From Malacoraja senta (taxonomy: Eukaryota): a stretch of 64,000 nucleotides of DNA. Positions 24,615 to 39,189 of this stretch are shown here, in pieces; positions within the stretch are counted from its first letter, which is position 1; every line of letters begins with the position of its first letter. The stretch lies in assembly GCA_038087875.1 (NCBI GenBank), contig CM075980.1:27528001-27592000 (forward strand). The letters are read 5' to 3'. The notes under the pieces are model-generated. The model saw only the letters and a program-made list of their open reading frames with translations. It ran no database searches and was not told where the DNA came from. Position numbers and translations under genes: made by a program.

Positions 24615-25584
24615 CCACACAGTCCCTGACAACCCTGTACATTCAGTGTCCAAGGGCGATGTTAGATGATCCTTCTCGAGGGTGAACTCTCGGAAAGCAT
24701 ATGGCTTCGTTGGTGTACCTTGCCGCATTTTCGAAACATACACGGGCCAACTGGCTGGAGATTTTGTGGCCATCTTCAGCCTCTAACTAATATAATCGAA
24801 AGTACTCGCCTGCTTTAAAAACACATCCATAATCTAAGTGCCCAAGATGAGCAAGGTGACATGACCCGACAACTGCCGACCAGTGGCACTCATGTTCATT
24901 GTGATGAAGTGCTTCAAGAAGTTGGTTATGATGCATATCAACTTCTGCCTCAGTAATAACCTGGACCCACTTTGATTCATCTACCAGCACAACAGATTGA
25001 CAGCAGATGCGATCTTGCTTGCTCTCCATTCTGCACTGCACCACTTAAACAACAGGAACACATTTGTCAAGCGGTTATTCATCAACCACCGCTAATCGTT
25101 CAGCACCATCAACCCTTCCAAATTCATCATCAAACTCAGGAACTGGGTCTCTGCTCTTCCTTATGCAACTGGATCCTCGATTTCCTCATCACAAACCTCA
25201 ACTAGATTGGCAACATCAGCACAGGGGCAACTCAAGGCTGCATGACTGTGCAGCCATACACAGTTCCAACATAATCTTGAAATTCACTGATCTCACTAGC
25301 ATTGGACAGAGTACAGGAGGGAGATTGTTAATCTGGTTCAGTGGTGCCAGAATAACAATCATGCACTCAACATTAGCAGCACCAAGGACTGATTGTCGAC
25401 TTCAGGAAGGGAATCCCAATGGACCATGCATCTGTCTTCTTCGGCAGGAAGGCAGTGGAGAGAGCGAACAACTTCATGTTCCTGGGCATACACACCTCTG
25501 GTGATCTGCCTGGACAACACCACCCCAGTCACTGTCTCTTCTTACTGCTATGATCAGGAAAAAGGTACAGGAACTGGAAAACTC

Positions 25585-25732
25585 CAGACCCTTCTTCTGA
25601 AACAGTCTGTAGAAGAGTTCCAACCAGAAACATTGCCTGCCCATTCCTTCCCCAGATGCTGTCTGACCAGTTGAGTTCCTCCAGCACTTTGTATTTTGCT
25701 GAAGGTTCCAGCATTTGTAATCTATTGTGTCT
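25585..25732 (+). mobile_element. Degenerate Penelope-like pLTR with short inverted copy at its 5' side
   Basis: gacccttcttctga (inverted), then cagtctgtagaagagttccaaccagaaac...gagttcctccagcactttg. Confidence 0.6.
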
Positions 25733-26919
25733 TAGAAGAATTAAGCAATTTAGCAGACTTTAGGCTGGCATAATGTACATTTAATAGGAAATACTATTCA
25801 TTAGCAAAAATTGGTTCCACTTTACATCCAGCATTAAGCAAGTCATTTGGAAAAGGATTATATTTTGTTCATCAAACGCTTTTGTCTATTTAAAGAAACA
25901 TTGAAGGTAGTGTAGTGGTATGGATAGAAAGAAGTGTTCAAAAAGGTAAAGTAATGAGCAATTGGTTTGCATATTTTGAATGTGAATCAAGGGTTGCCTC
26001 TGCTGGGCTAAAGCCTCACTACTGTTCTGCCAAAGGTTTTGGGTGAGTGGCCAGCAGCCTGCAGCAAGCTGGTAATGATGGTGGACAGATGACAGCACCA
26101 GCAGCTTAAGTGCACCATTAGCACAGGTGAATGTGATGTCGCTGCTCAGTGATGAGATTTTGATTCACTAATAAAGTCACAACTTCCAAATTAACATTGA
26201 CTTTGGCAAAGCCCAAATATGATTAAAATGGCAGCAAATCAAATTCAATACCATGAAAGAAATGTCTCAGGTACATAAAGGGTCAATCAGGAAACAAAGG
26301 AGCTGGTGTCAACATTATTTTTTTGTACTTATTCATCACAGACTATTTAAGCATGACATTCATTCTGCCATGCCTTTTTATGATATTGTTTTTGAAGTAA
26401 ATTCTGTTTTCAAAAGGTGTGGTCCATAGCATCACATTCTGCATGAAAAGGTTTAATAAATAGAATTAATCTATATAAAATCAAGGAGCAAACAAATATT
26501 CCAAATGGATCAGTGATAGTTAATTAGTATTTTGATGTGCAGAGTTAGGCAGTGCTGAAATAGAATATCCTTCGGATATTCTTAAGGTGAATTCTTTATT
26601 CAACATGCAAGGGCCAGGAAGATGCTTTTGAGGCAAAAAGAAAGGGCAAATGAAGCAATTTATTTCACTCTCATCAACTGGCTAACATCTAGGTGAGAAT
26701 CGTGCTACAGAAATCCTTATTCAAAAGTTGCCCCATCACTTTCTTGGTCAAGAAATGTTATAGAAGTAATTTTTCTTGATTTGTATTGAGCAATGCTGTA
26801 AAAATGCTATCTGACAGAAGAACATTTGTTTTTGCAAGCTTAAAAGAACAAATATGTGACTGAAAAATACATAGTGAATGCCTGATGGAAACTGACTTAA
26901 AATAAGCAAAATTGCTAAC

Positions 26920-27050
26920 AGAGACACAAGAAACTGCAGATGCTGGAATCTTAAGCAAAACACAAAGTGCTGAGGAACTCAGCAGCTCAGGCAGCATCTG
27001 TGGTGGGAATGGACAGCTGCCGTTTTGGGTCGGGACCCTTCTCAGACTAG
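26920..27050 (-). mobile_element. Penelope-like pLTR fragment
   Basis: Reverse complement reads agtctgagaagggtcccgacccaaaacggc...gatgctgcctgagctgctgagttcctc. Confidence 0.7.
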
Positions 27051-29109
27051 AAGGGTAATTTTCCTCATTTTCCCTTTCTTCACGCCTCAAAAAATGCTTA
27101 TTGAAATAGAGCACAGAATATATATTTAATTGAATTAACTGTTCGATTATATACAATTTTCTCCTCTATTTTGTTTAAGAAGTTTACAGATACTTGACAT
27201 CGGTTAACAGGGTATAATTAATGAAGGCATTCCTTTATAAGTGATCCTTTTTTCCTCAGCACTATTTGATTCTCAATGTATTTAAATCAGTCCTGACAGC
27301 TCTTACTTAATTACAGACAACAAAGTGGGTGAATTTAATTTCTAGTTGGACATTCCAATTAGAAGACTTCAACTCTATTTGCAAGAAGTGAAATTTTAGA
27401 GTACAAGTAGGAAACTTAGATTTAGGAACTGCAGTGCGATTCTGTGAAGGAAGCTTTCACAGAGACAGGTTGCCAACTCAGCCAGCAATAATAACGAGAG
27501 GTAAGTATCCCTTTGAGATGTTAGGTCAGTAATAAGCTATATTTCCCCCTTTTTGTATTTTAATTAGAACCACAAGGAACTAAATTGACCTCGAAATAAG
27601 GATCAATTGTGGTACCATATTTCTGACTGAACTATAAATGCAAACCAACTGTTTACATGACAGAAAGCTGCATGATAGTACATTAAAGCTAATATTACAT
27701 CATGAAAAAAAATTCACAGCAAATAAAAAAGGAAAAATGTATGTGGACTGGTAGACATTAAACATAATGTAAGTTAAGAAAAGATAAGTTATAATCATCA
27801 CTGCAGGAACATTGCGGACCAGAATTACTAAACCAATAAAGGAGAATGTCAAATGGCCATTAAATTTCCTTAAGCTTGTACATACTACAGCAAGCAAGAT
27901 ATCCACAAGGCTCTAGTGTGTGTGCTAAAAGGGGAAGCAAATGCACATTTGTTTAAGAGTCACATAAAACTATTAATGATCAATGCAGAGAAGTTGGAAG
28001 AGTGATCTTAAACACGTAGAAAGTGCAAAGACAGAAAGTAGAGATAGATTTTTTTCAAATGTCCAACAACAGTTAAAAGCTGAAGAATGAGTCTTCACAC
28101 ATGCAAAAGTTAATTTTCAGAAAAGGATATTGTGATTGGCTGTAATTAAGGTTGATTATGCTGTTAAAAAGGATAAAAATGGACTGAAATGGTAAGACTT
28201 AAGTTTCTGGGGACACATTTTGCCAAAATCTACAACTTGTATGACGCATGAGTGGATCTGAAAATTAAGCTATAGAGTGAAGTTCATTTTAATGTAGATT
28301 CTGGATGAGTAGCACGTTAGGTCAGAAATTCTGGATCTCCACATTTAACTGTGCATGTCTAATTTTGTTGTCAGATATGTCATAAATAATGCTGACCTTT
28401 TAAAAAAAATAAAAACAGTAAATTCCGTTCAAGACCTCCAGGACAGAGATTCATTGGACTTTCACAAAGAAGTGATGTAAAGGGAGTAGAGTTAAACTGC
28501 ATCTCCTTTTGGAAGGTCAAGACTTCAATTTCTTAATTCATGTCGCTGCAAAGAGAGCTTTGCAAGCATATGTAGTGTCATTTAAGGGCTCCTGCCCTTT
28601 AATAATATCAAGGCCAACATGCCTTGCCAAATTATGGAATAGGGACTACAACAATCACGGCACAGAAAAAAAAACTTGTTTTCTTTTCCATCGGCACATT
28701 CAAACATATTTCTAAGAGATCTTTGAGCCCAATTATAATAACAGTGAAGTTGACCAAACAGAATATTACGATAATTATTCGGGGTTTGTGAAAGACCGGA
28801 TAAAATGAGGGATACATTTGGGTTTCAAGCAAGTTTAGTGCCAATGCCGGGGATAAGATATGATTTATAGTGCCTTCTCTCCATTCTTTAGGAAGCACCA
28901 ATTATTATCAGATTTTATTAATGGTAAATTATGAAATGTTTAGAATAAAATACTTTACAAAGTGGCATGTAGAATACCCTTGCCATGTGGGTGTTAAAAC
29001 TTCCTTCTTCAATACACGTGGATGCCCAAGGATGTGATATCAGGCATTTCTCTTGCACTGTCAGATTTAAGGCAGTCATAATAGACACTTTTAAAACCAC
29101 TGAATGGTT

Positions 29110-30000
29110 TAGCAGAATTAGAACCAACTCAGCCCATCATGAATATGCTGGCTCCCGAGCAGAGCAATACAATAACTCAAACCTTTGGCCCATTCTCTGC
29201 AACCTTGTGAGTTTTCATCATCATTTACTTATCTAATTCCCTCTTGAAAGCCATAATGGAATTGCCGCCACCAAATCTGCAGGCAGTGCATTCCAGATGC
29301 CAAGGGCATGCTGTGTCGAAAATGTTTTTCTTTCTGTCATTTATTCCCTTCCTCTTTATTTATTTTTACCTGTGACCTCTAGTTGTAGATCCCTCATCTA
29401 AGGGGAACAGCTTCCCACTGCTAGCTCTGTGCAGACCCATCATTCACAAACATCTGATCTCTCTTCCGCTTTTATGTAAATAAGTCTCAGCAACACCGAT
29501 CTATCCTTGTATCTAGTCCCTCATCTAAAGACCATTTTTGTAAATCGTTTTTGGACCCTCACTAATTCCTTCAAATTGAAGCTCTAGAGTCAACCAGAAC
29601 AGGACACAATATTTACGTTGAGTCAATGTCATTGTTTTATAAAGGGTTGGCATGATGTCCCTGCTTTAATTCTCTTTATGTTAATATTCTGTTGATAAAA
29701 AATGTAAATAGTTTATATCTTATGAGCCACTGTCTCAACCTGCCAGGTCACATGCAATTAATTATGCATCATACCCCTGGGTCGCTCTGCTCTGGACCAC
29801 TTTCAGAACAGTATCATTGATCCTGTATTGCCTCCCCTCATTGTTCCTACCAACATATGTTACCTCTGATTTTTCTGCACAGAACTGCATCCATTCTGCC
29901 CATTCCACTGCCTTGTTTTTAAGCTGTCGCAATTTATTGCTATTCTCTTTGCAGTTCACAACACTGCAAGTTTTGTATCATTGACAAGTTATGAAATGTG
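29110..30000 (-). mobile_element. Old CR1 LINE 3' portion
   Basis: Minus-strand peptide EWAEWMQFCAEKSEV..VGRNNEGRQY..N...LK resembles the CR1 RT C-terminus. Confidence 0.65.
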
Positions 30001-31194
30001 TAACGTTTGAATGTTTAAAAGTATTCCATCAATTTTTTCCAATGCTAGACACTCCTATGTATGAAAATATCATTTTAATCCACCTTTTTGGTTCCTTTTA
30101 TAGTTTGAAAACTTCAATCAAATAATCTATCAATGTAAAAACCAGGGAATACTACCCTGTCTTCTTCCATCTTTGATCACCATAAATTACCCTTGGAATC
30201 CAGATAACATTTGGGTAAATCAATATTGCATTCCCTCCAAGAAATATCTTTCTAAGAAGGGCTTCTCAGTATTGCTCATGGTTCCTTGGGTGCAGTTTAA
30301 CTGTTTGGCTGTGCTTTTACTCCCTTCTGCTCCAACGCAGTTGATATGAAGGTCAGTATTCCAATGGCCCTGCACTACATTCAACAATGACATTTTACTG
30401 AATTGTCTTCATGGACCCTAAACCTCTTTAGACCTTCACTGCCTCTAGCTCTTCAACAATCAGGAAAATCTAAAACCACAATCACATGCATCCTTCTGAT
30501 TTGAACCTGTTTGGAAGATAACCTGCACTTGCTACTTGACAAATAGCTAACTTAGAAGACTGGTGCCTTCTCAAAGGTTGACTGATAAATTATTAAAGAT
30601 AATTATCTTTTTATCCTTTTATTTATATCTTTTTATCCTTTTATTTATATCCTTTTATTTTTCACTCACTCACCAATGTGCCAAAGCTTTAACTTGCTTT
30701 ATTACTAAAAACTGTTTTCAAATCGTGCTTGAGTTTTGACTGAACATCTGGAAATAGCACATACATTTTGTGTTAATTTAGAATTAAAAGTTCACCTTAA
30801 TTGGTAAAGATTTGTTTAGATGGACATAAAAGAGGGCAGTATATTCAGTGCTCTGACCGATTTTTTATACATTAACCAACATCATCAGAAAAATAACTGA
30901 AAACAATTAAAACCTCCATCTAAATCTTTATCCTGGCATAGGATTGAGGGAGGAAGTCTTCAATGAAATACTGAGTAATCCCAGAAAGATTGGACCTGTC
31001 ACTGTTCTATTTCAGTACAGCAGTGGGGGAAACTGACCAATATAGTCTTCAGAATCTATCCAAAGGCCCGAGTTGGCATTTCATTGCACGTGTAGAAGTC
31101 TGGGAACAGCATAACAGGCTGGATGCCGGAGTTATGGGAATAGTCAGCATGATCAAGCCTCTTTCTCTATCCCATTCCCAACACACAAACAAAA

Positions 31195-32200
31195 CTTTTG
31201 GTATTGGTTTATTGTTGTCATATGGACTCAGCTAATAGTGAAAATGGTGTTTTGCGTGCTATGCATGCAGATCATACCATACACGAGTACCTCAGGAAGT
31301 ACAAAAGAGAAAACAGGTCAAATGCAGAATATAGCATTACAGCTAGAAAGTGCAGATTTTTAAAAAAGCACAAGGGCCACAATGAAGTATATTGGAAGAT
31401 GATTTTTAGCATACGAGGTACTTTCAAAAATCAAATAACAGCAGGGAAGAAGCTGTTCATGAATCTGGTGGTACATGCCTTCATATTTTCATATCTTCTG
31501 TCTGACAGAAGAGGGAAGAAGAGAGAATGGCCAAGGTATGAGTAGTTCTTGATAATGTTAGTTGCCTTCTGAATCAATGTAAAGTGTAGATGGAATTGAA
31601 GGAGGTGGTTGTGGGGAGAAAGCTGTGATGGACTGGGTTACATCCATAGCTTGGTGCAGTTTCTTGCTATAACAAGCTGTGATACATCCCAATAGAATGC
31701 TTTCTTATGGTGCATCTGTAGAAATAGGTAAGAGGCATTGGGAACATGCTAGATTTCCTTAATTTTCTGAGAAAATAAAGGGGTTGGTGCACTATTTTGG
31801 CCGTATTATTAAAGTGGTTGGACTAGGCCAAATTATTTGTGATACTTATTCGTGATGAATAGACCTAGAAACTTGAAGCCCTCGATCATATCCACTTCAG
31901 GACCATTAATGGAGGCTGTGGTGTGATTTCACCTCGGTTCCTGAAGTTGATGACCAGCTCCTTTGTTTTGCTGACATTGAGAGAGATATTGTTTATTTGA
32001 CACCATGCTGCAAGGCTCTCTCCATCTTCTTCCTCTACTGTCTCGTTATTGTTCGGTATCTGAGCCATTATGGCGGTGTCACCTGCAAACTTGTAAATGG
32101 AGTTGGAGCAGATTTGGCCACATAATCTAGAATGTAAAGGAAGTATAGTGTGGAGCGAGGCAGCCTTGGGAACACGCCTTTGCTGAGAATTATCGTGGAG
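31195..32200 (-). mobile_element. Rex1/Babar LINE 3' portion
   Basis: LAAWCQINNISLNVSKTKELVINFR and YKFAGDT motifs. Tail ...tgacaacaataaaccaatacc. Confidence 0.8.
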
Positions 32201-32539
32201 GAGGTTTTACATATCTCAAGACTGCATGCATGCTGAATCACCATGGTCTTGTATAACTGCAGTAAAGCATTTTCATTCAGCAACTCAAAGCCCCTCCTAA
32301 CAATAGGCAACATACCATTTGCTTCCTAATTGCTTTTGGACCTTGTAGTCCACATTTGTCAATCTTGCACTATTTACAAAACACTTTTTCATTTTCCACT
32401 CTGTTTACTAAAATGCTAATTGGACTACACCCCAAGGTTCTGAAAGAGGTAGCTTCAAAGATTTTGGAGACATTAGTAGTGATCTTTCAAGAATCACCAG
32501 TCATAAATTGGAAAATTGCAAAGGCTCTGCCCCTGACTC

Positions 32540-32670
32540 TCAGTCTGAAGGGCCTCGACCCAAAACATCAACTATTTCTTTCTCCAGCGATGCTGCCTGA
32601 CCCACTGAGTTACTCGTTTTTTGTATCTATCTTTGTTTTAAATCAGCATCTGCATTTACTTCCTACACAC
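32540..32670 (+). mobile_element. Penelope-like pLTR fragment within CR1 debris
   Basis: cagtctgaagggcctcgacccaaaac...gatgctgcctgacccactgagttactc. Flanks contain CR1-like HPKVLKEVA..I. Confidence 0.6.
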
Positions 32671-35600
32671 CCCCGATTCTATATGTACACACCGTATTGT
32701 TCAACCTCATGTGTGGAAGCTTATTGGAAACCTTCTGAAAATTTAAAAAAATCACACCCACTGATTCCCCTGTACTCCCCGTCCCCCAAGAAATCCAATA
32801 AGGTCAAAGAAGTACCCGGTAAACATAAACCTGTCACTTCTATATATGAATAAACGTTCTGGATAAATAGCAGAGTTAGATAATTTCAATGTGAAATTTA
32901 CAAAGCTGTTTGGTTGGTAAATTTAGTTCTAAATTTGGAATATTTAAAATCAAGTAAAGGCTTGGATTGATAGAAAATATTAATTATGATAAATTGACAT
33001 TGACTCTAGTCTAACAGTGGGACGATAGACTGTATTCACACTGATATCTCAGACTCTGAGCTACAGGAACATTTGAGGTTCTGGAACAGCGGCTTATCCA
33101 GAGCGATGTATGAGGTCAGAATTATGTTCAAAATGTAGTCTTAGGAAATGAGCTGTCAGACTCAAGTCTCTATACGTACCCACTGATTATATCAGTAAAC
33201 CTCTCTACAGAAATCTGTGGGCAAGGTGTAAAGAGAAACAAAGGACTTTAAACAGAGGAGAGACAGTTCCATAGGTGATGAAAATAGCTGTCTGTTCAGT
33301 TTTAAAAATGCGCAAGAAGTTCGTCAACTGATGCAGTCACAACGGCACCTCTAACTAATGTAGAATTTGTGTTTCATGCTACTATGAAAGTTTTTTCTTG
33401 CATAAAGATTGAGGAAAAAAAAGTTGGTAGTAAATAGATTATTGTTTAACATTAGAACAGTGCCATCTACTGGACTGTTAGCAGCATTGCAAGTGTTGCG
33501 GCTATTTCTTCGTTCCTTAAAGTTCAGGTGGCAGCCGGCTGACTGCAATCACAAAGATATATTGGTGTTTGGCATTTTAAGTGTTAAGTCATTCCATGGA
33601 GGAGAAAAACAGAGCATTAGGCGAATGCTTTAATAGAAATCATTCTCCTTATTCGCATTTTCACTGCCTTTGATTGTACAGTATCTCCTGAAACAATGTC
33701 ATAGCTGTTTTGTAGATAGGCACAGGGGTGGTGATTTTCAAAGTATCAACCAGGGAAGTAGGAGTGTTCACACGCTGCCATTCCTGCTAATGTTCCAGCT
33801 CTCCTTAATCTTGATCCAGCTTGGAATTGCACTCTCACTAAAGAACAAATTAATTAACTTTCAATTACCAATGGAAGAGTGCGTGTTGTGCATACTCTTC
33901 CCATCGGTTTCGTGATGCTCAGCAGTTTGCTCAACACAAGTGATCCAGGACAATCTTTCACTTCACTTTTCTCCAGGATCTCTGTTGTGGGAGCATCTAT
34001 CGACAACGATCTGTAGCATGAAGCTTAGAAAGCAAATGGACAAACCTGCACCTTATCATCACATTTCTCATGAATAGTTTACTCAGAAAAAAGTCCAGCT
34101 CATTTTTAGTTAAAGCTTAAAATTGTCCAGAATAAAATACACAGGAATGGGTTAAATTCTGTTTGTAAATGTTGAAGCAGATTTTTTTATTTTTTTATCA
34201 TTGGTTACACTGCAATAGGCATGAGCTGATATTTGCCTTTATTTACTCAAACAGAATGTGCCATTGCCACCCATTTTTCTCTCCATGAATGTGATTACAT
34301 TACTCATGAGTGTCGTTAGAGGTAGCTTCAATGTACGCCATCTAAAGATTTGGGAAGAAGTAATGGAATGTTATCTGAAATTTTAATTCTGTTTTTCTTT
34401 CCACCAATGCTGTCTGACCTGCTGAAGATTTCCATCCTTGCCTGTTTTTGAGTTGAAGCCTGATGATCTGCAGTTTCTGGAACCTGTCCAATATATTTTT
34501 TCACAATATCACCGTGGATTCTTAACATGTTCAGTTCTTTTTTGCCGTTTTCAAAATAATCTGATGCATCCTTTTTGACTACGAAGTAGACTTTGTTGCA
34601 TCTACCTACAATTTGCCAGAATACTAACTATTCATTTAATCTGCATGTATCTTTTTACAACTGGATGCTTTCATCTAATCCTTCTAACCAGTAAAAAAGT
34701 TATCAGTAAATTTGGATATACAGTTCTTAATTCCTTCACCATACAAATGCTATAGATCTCGAAGGGATGGCACTGGTGACATCCTGTCGAATGGAGAATA
34801 TATTCAATTATTTCTACTACTTAATTTCATGGAATTGCTTCCAATTCCACGTTGCCATTCTTTTCCTATCATTTTATCGTGTGAAACCATTATGCCTTGA
34901 ATAGAATCCCTTGCATTGAATATAAACAGTATCAAGTCTTTTTTGATTTAACACATTAACCGGATACAAAATTTCAATTAGATTGACACACTTTATAAAT
35001 TTATGCTAGCTCTCACTGATCAATTCTTATTTGTTGGAGTGCTCAGTTTGCTCCTGACAGGCAAGTAACGTTGTCACAATGGGCATTAGGCTAATAGGTC
35101 TATAATTTCTCAATTTAATCACTCTCTCACTTTTAAACAATGGAGTAATGTTGCCAAATGAACTAAAGGATGAATTTCAAATTAAGATCACTTAGCAACC
35201 TTGAGTTGAGCATTTACAATTCTGTCATCTTTTAATATCTAATAATGGTATGGGATAGGTGATGATGGTGTTGGGTCCTGGGTCCTGGAGGATGGCCTCT
35301 CTCAGTATTTCCCCTTTGAACTTTAAAATCTAATAAGTTGATCTATTGTTTTATTTTTCCTCCCTCAGTGGTATTTTTTCCTTTTAGTTCATTATGAAGA
35401 TCAACGCAAAGAAAAAATGTAGAGAGCTTGCCAGTAATTGACTTTCAATTATAATATCCTGGATTTTGCACTAAAATTACAACTGATATTAAAGGCATAA
35501 ATTGAATAAATGCTTTTATTAACCATACGTGCACAGTTAAATGCAGAAATGAGAAAGTACCATGCTCCTCCAGTGGCCTTGCTATTCTGGTATTTCCCCA

Positions 35601-35984
35601 AGAGACATAGATCAGTATAAAGTTGCCCATGTTCCTTTATAGACCTACCAAACTTGGTAGGCAAACATGTTGGTAAATCTTTGGTGCCATTATAGATCAT
35701 TATCCCCACACAACCTGTCAGACACTTAACTGCTGTGGAAAGTCATTTCTTCAGATTTAAATCATTGCTGGAATTTTGTAGGACAAAATATGTTTTTTGT
35801 ATATTATCTTCTTACATCTTACTTCTCCTACTCTGACTTTCTCTTGCTATGCACCTCATTAAAAAAAACATTTTCAGTCTGGTTGAAGAATCACAAAATC
35901 ACAAGCTCTGTTCATAGATATCTTGCAGCGAGCACCATGCCAACATGTTCATCCCCTGCTGCCTCAGTGTCAGAAAATCGCATT

Positions 35985-36215
35985 CGATCCTGACCTCGGG
36001 TTCTGTCTGTGTGGAGTTTGTACCTTCTCCCTGTGACCACATGGGTTTCCTCCAGGCACTACTGTTTCCTCCCACATTCCAAAGGTGTGCAGGTTATAGA
36101 TTAATTGCCTTTTGTAAATTGTCGTTAGTGCTTAGAGAGTGGATGAGAAAGTGGAATAACATCGAACAAGTTTGAACAGGTGATCGATGGTCGACGTAGA
36201 TTCATTGGGCAGAAG
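35985..36215 (+). mobile_element. V-domain SINE (HE1-like), partial
   Basis: ttcgatcctgacc B-box remnant, V domain gtgtggagtttgtaccttctccctgtgacc, and tail. Confidence 0.75.
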
Positions 36216-36644
36216 GCAAAAAATATATATACCGAAGTCTATCCAAATCTCAAACCTCAGAGGATGCAGAGAAGATTTACTAGACTGATAACTGAGATGA
36301 TGGACTCGGGGTAAACGGATTGCTCTCTTTAGCATAGAAATAGTTAAAGGGAGGTTGATTAGAAGCTTTCAAGATCACGAAGCGATTTGACATGAAGATA
36401 AACTATTTCTTCTGGAGGAATTATTTCCAACAGATTTAACCTAACAGGCATATGTAACATGGCACTTTTGTTTTACACGCCAACTTAAGAGCATTCAGTA
36501 AGTACCCCAGCTGGGGGAATGGTGAAAGTAAAACTAATTGAAACCATCAACTGTGAAAAGATTTAATGCCCATTCAGTTACATTGCCCCAATAGTTCTGC
36601 CCTTTACAAATAAAACATCCATGATGCCATTGACTGATTGGTTA

Positions 36645-36900
36645 AAAGACACAACATGGAAACAGGCCCTTTGGTCCACCAAGTCCATGCTGTTTATTGA
36701 TCTCCTGTTCATACAAGTTCTAAGTTATCCCATTTTAACACTCACTCCATGCACACTCTAGGAGCGATTTAAAGAGGCCAATTAACCTACAAACCCACAT
36801 ACTTTTGAGATGTGGGAGGAAATCCAAGCAGTCAGAGAGAACGTACAAACTCCTCACAGACAGCAATTGAGGTCAGGATTAAACCAGAGTCTCTAGCATG
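36645..36900 (-). mobile_element. V-domain SINE (HE1-like)
   Basis: Reverse complement of the same SINE (tggaaacaggcccttt...aattaacctacaaaccc...gagaacgtacaaactcc). Confidence 0.7.
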
Positions 36901-37594
36901 GAGGCATTCTAACTGTGATAATTATCTTTGACTTGTGTGTTTCACAGTATGTTATATGGTTACTGTTCTAATTTTCTGTGCATATTTAAATATGTTCTTG
37001 CAGGCAGTAGCCACACATACTTCGAGTGTTTTGATCTTCCATTCTTTTAACATAAAAGTCAAAGTTCTTTTTTAATCAGGAAATTGTTGTGTGAGCTCTA
37101 ATTTAGTTGCACTGTTGTACAATGACAAAACCTTTTTCCAAGACATTGGCTTTAGGCAGCTGTTGGCAGAGGGATTAGCGATGGAATTTTGGAGCTCACA
37201 GCCTGGCAAGTTAAAAGGAACAGTCATTATTGATAGAGTGGTTAAACTCCAGGTCGGTTAGCGGGCCAGAACTGCAAGAGTGGAGATATTTCAGAGCATT
37301 ACTAACCTGGATGAGATGATGGAGATCAGCAGGTGGAGATGGGCAATGGCTAGATTTGTGTAAATTTTAAACTTGATACATTACTTAACAGGTAGCCAAT
37401 TTAAATCATGTTATCAGGCGGGAAGCCAGTAAATGGAATTCAGTGCAACTTTGAACACCTGCAGCAGAGTTTCGAATGAGGAAGGCCAGCTATTCACATC
37501 GTCAGGTGATGAAATGATGGCATGGATTTGGGTTTCTGTAGCAGTTGATCGCAGGTGTGGTTAGATTCAAACAGAACAAATGCTTCTATATTTA

Positions 37595-37778
37595 ATCTAG
37601 AAGAGATTTCTCAACCTAAAACGTCAACTGTGTCTTACCCTCCACAAATGCTGCCTTACCAGCTGAGTTCCTCCAACAGAAAAGACACAAAATGCTGGAA
37701 TATCTTAGTAGGTCAGGCAGTATCCTCGGTGAGCATGGATATGTGATCTTTCAGGTCAGGACCCTTCTTCTGCTGATT
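37595..37778. mobile_element. Tail-to-tail pair of Penelope-like pLTR fragments
   Basis: Plus copy 37595-37680, then minus copy 37681-37778 (ggacccttcttctg). Confidence 0.6.
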
Positions 37779-39189
37779 CCAATAGTTTGTTTTTGCACTA
37801 TTGCAGCTTTCATGGCTCCTTCTTTTGCATCCACATTATCAATTTATACAATATTGGTACTTTCATCTTTTGTTTTTTTGTATTTTATGGCTGTTAAAAT
37901 GAACAAGAACTTTTGGACAGTTTTTAATTCAATATGAAAACTTTCAAGTCCTACTATATCGACACAAATGACTGGGCTTGTCCTTTTAAAGCATCCAAGT
38001 ATTAATACATTGAATATTTATACCTTTTCATAATTCCATAACTGTTCAAAACTGCAAAATCACCAGGGTTTGGCTTTATTTCATAGTGTATGTAAGTTTC
38101 TTTTGGATGTTCCCCTAAATAACAGGTTTAATTGATCCTAAACTTATTGAAGAATCCAAACTCTTGATGCATCAGTTCACTGTGCCACCAATTTTACAAT
38201 GCCTGTTGCATTATTATAAATCTTCTAGCATTTGAAAAACTAATAGTTCTGAATCCTGCTGCAATAGGATCCTGCTGTCAGTGAAACCAAACACCTCTAT
38301 AGCATACAGATAAGATATGACCGTACAAAGACTTTGGACTTGCTATTTATGAATGCCTAATTTAGGCTGAAGCAGTGTTGGAATGAGGGTATGCTATACA
38401 GTCAGAGGTGCTTGTTTCAGATGGCAAATGACTAGAACGTGTTTGATTTGGCCAGATTTGTTTCCTTAGTTAGCACCATCAAAATAAATCGTGCCGTTAA
38501 CCATTAATTTAATTTAGTTTTTGTGAGGTATTGCCATACCTGCTCATTTCAAAATGATGACAATATGAGGAGACCATGGTCAATAACTGACCACAGTTTG
38601 TAGAGAATGCAATACACTTCTATATAATTACAAGTAATATTTTCTTTTAAATGAAAAACACTGCTCATATTAAATGTGTATTCATGACTTGGATTGTGAT
38701 TGCACAAGTAACAGAAATCAAGAACAAACCAGATCCAATCCCCAGACCACGTCAAGTTCACTGATCGTACCCTAAAAAATGCAGGAACCTTCATCCTAAT
38801 AACTATTTCCCCCCCCACTATAGACAGGGAACAGTCTGGGAGTTGTAATAATTTTATTTCACCTCAGTGCCATTATCAACCCAGCATTTATTTGAACAGT
38901 ACTTTAACTGATATGAAGTCATTAGGAGGAGGATCAATCAAGATATATTAGGGAAGACAAGCTTTGCAAGAGTCATTTTAGTTTCATTTTCCAAATGCAC
39001 ATTAACTTACCTAACTCGTGAAGATAAAGGTGAAAAAGATTCCGCTAACATTTTTCTTTCCGCAGATGCTGTCTGACCTGCTGAGCGTTTTCATCATTTT
39101 TTTATTTTCATCTTATTTCATTGCCCTGCAGAGGCTGGAAAGATTTTGACGTGTCAGGAGTTGATTCATTCACCCACAGATGCTTGGCT

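Larger units (their letters stand above)
21540..25575 (+). mobile_element. Degenerate Rex1/Babar LINE split by PLE and Tc1 insertions
   Basis: Decayed EN motifs (GDFN-like ~22065, TLDH ~22147), LPDKLKAFY at ~22663, resuming after 24615 with RVNSRKA, CRPVAL..IVMKCFKKLV and LCNWILDFL. Confidence 0.75.
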
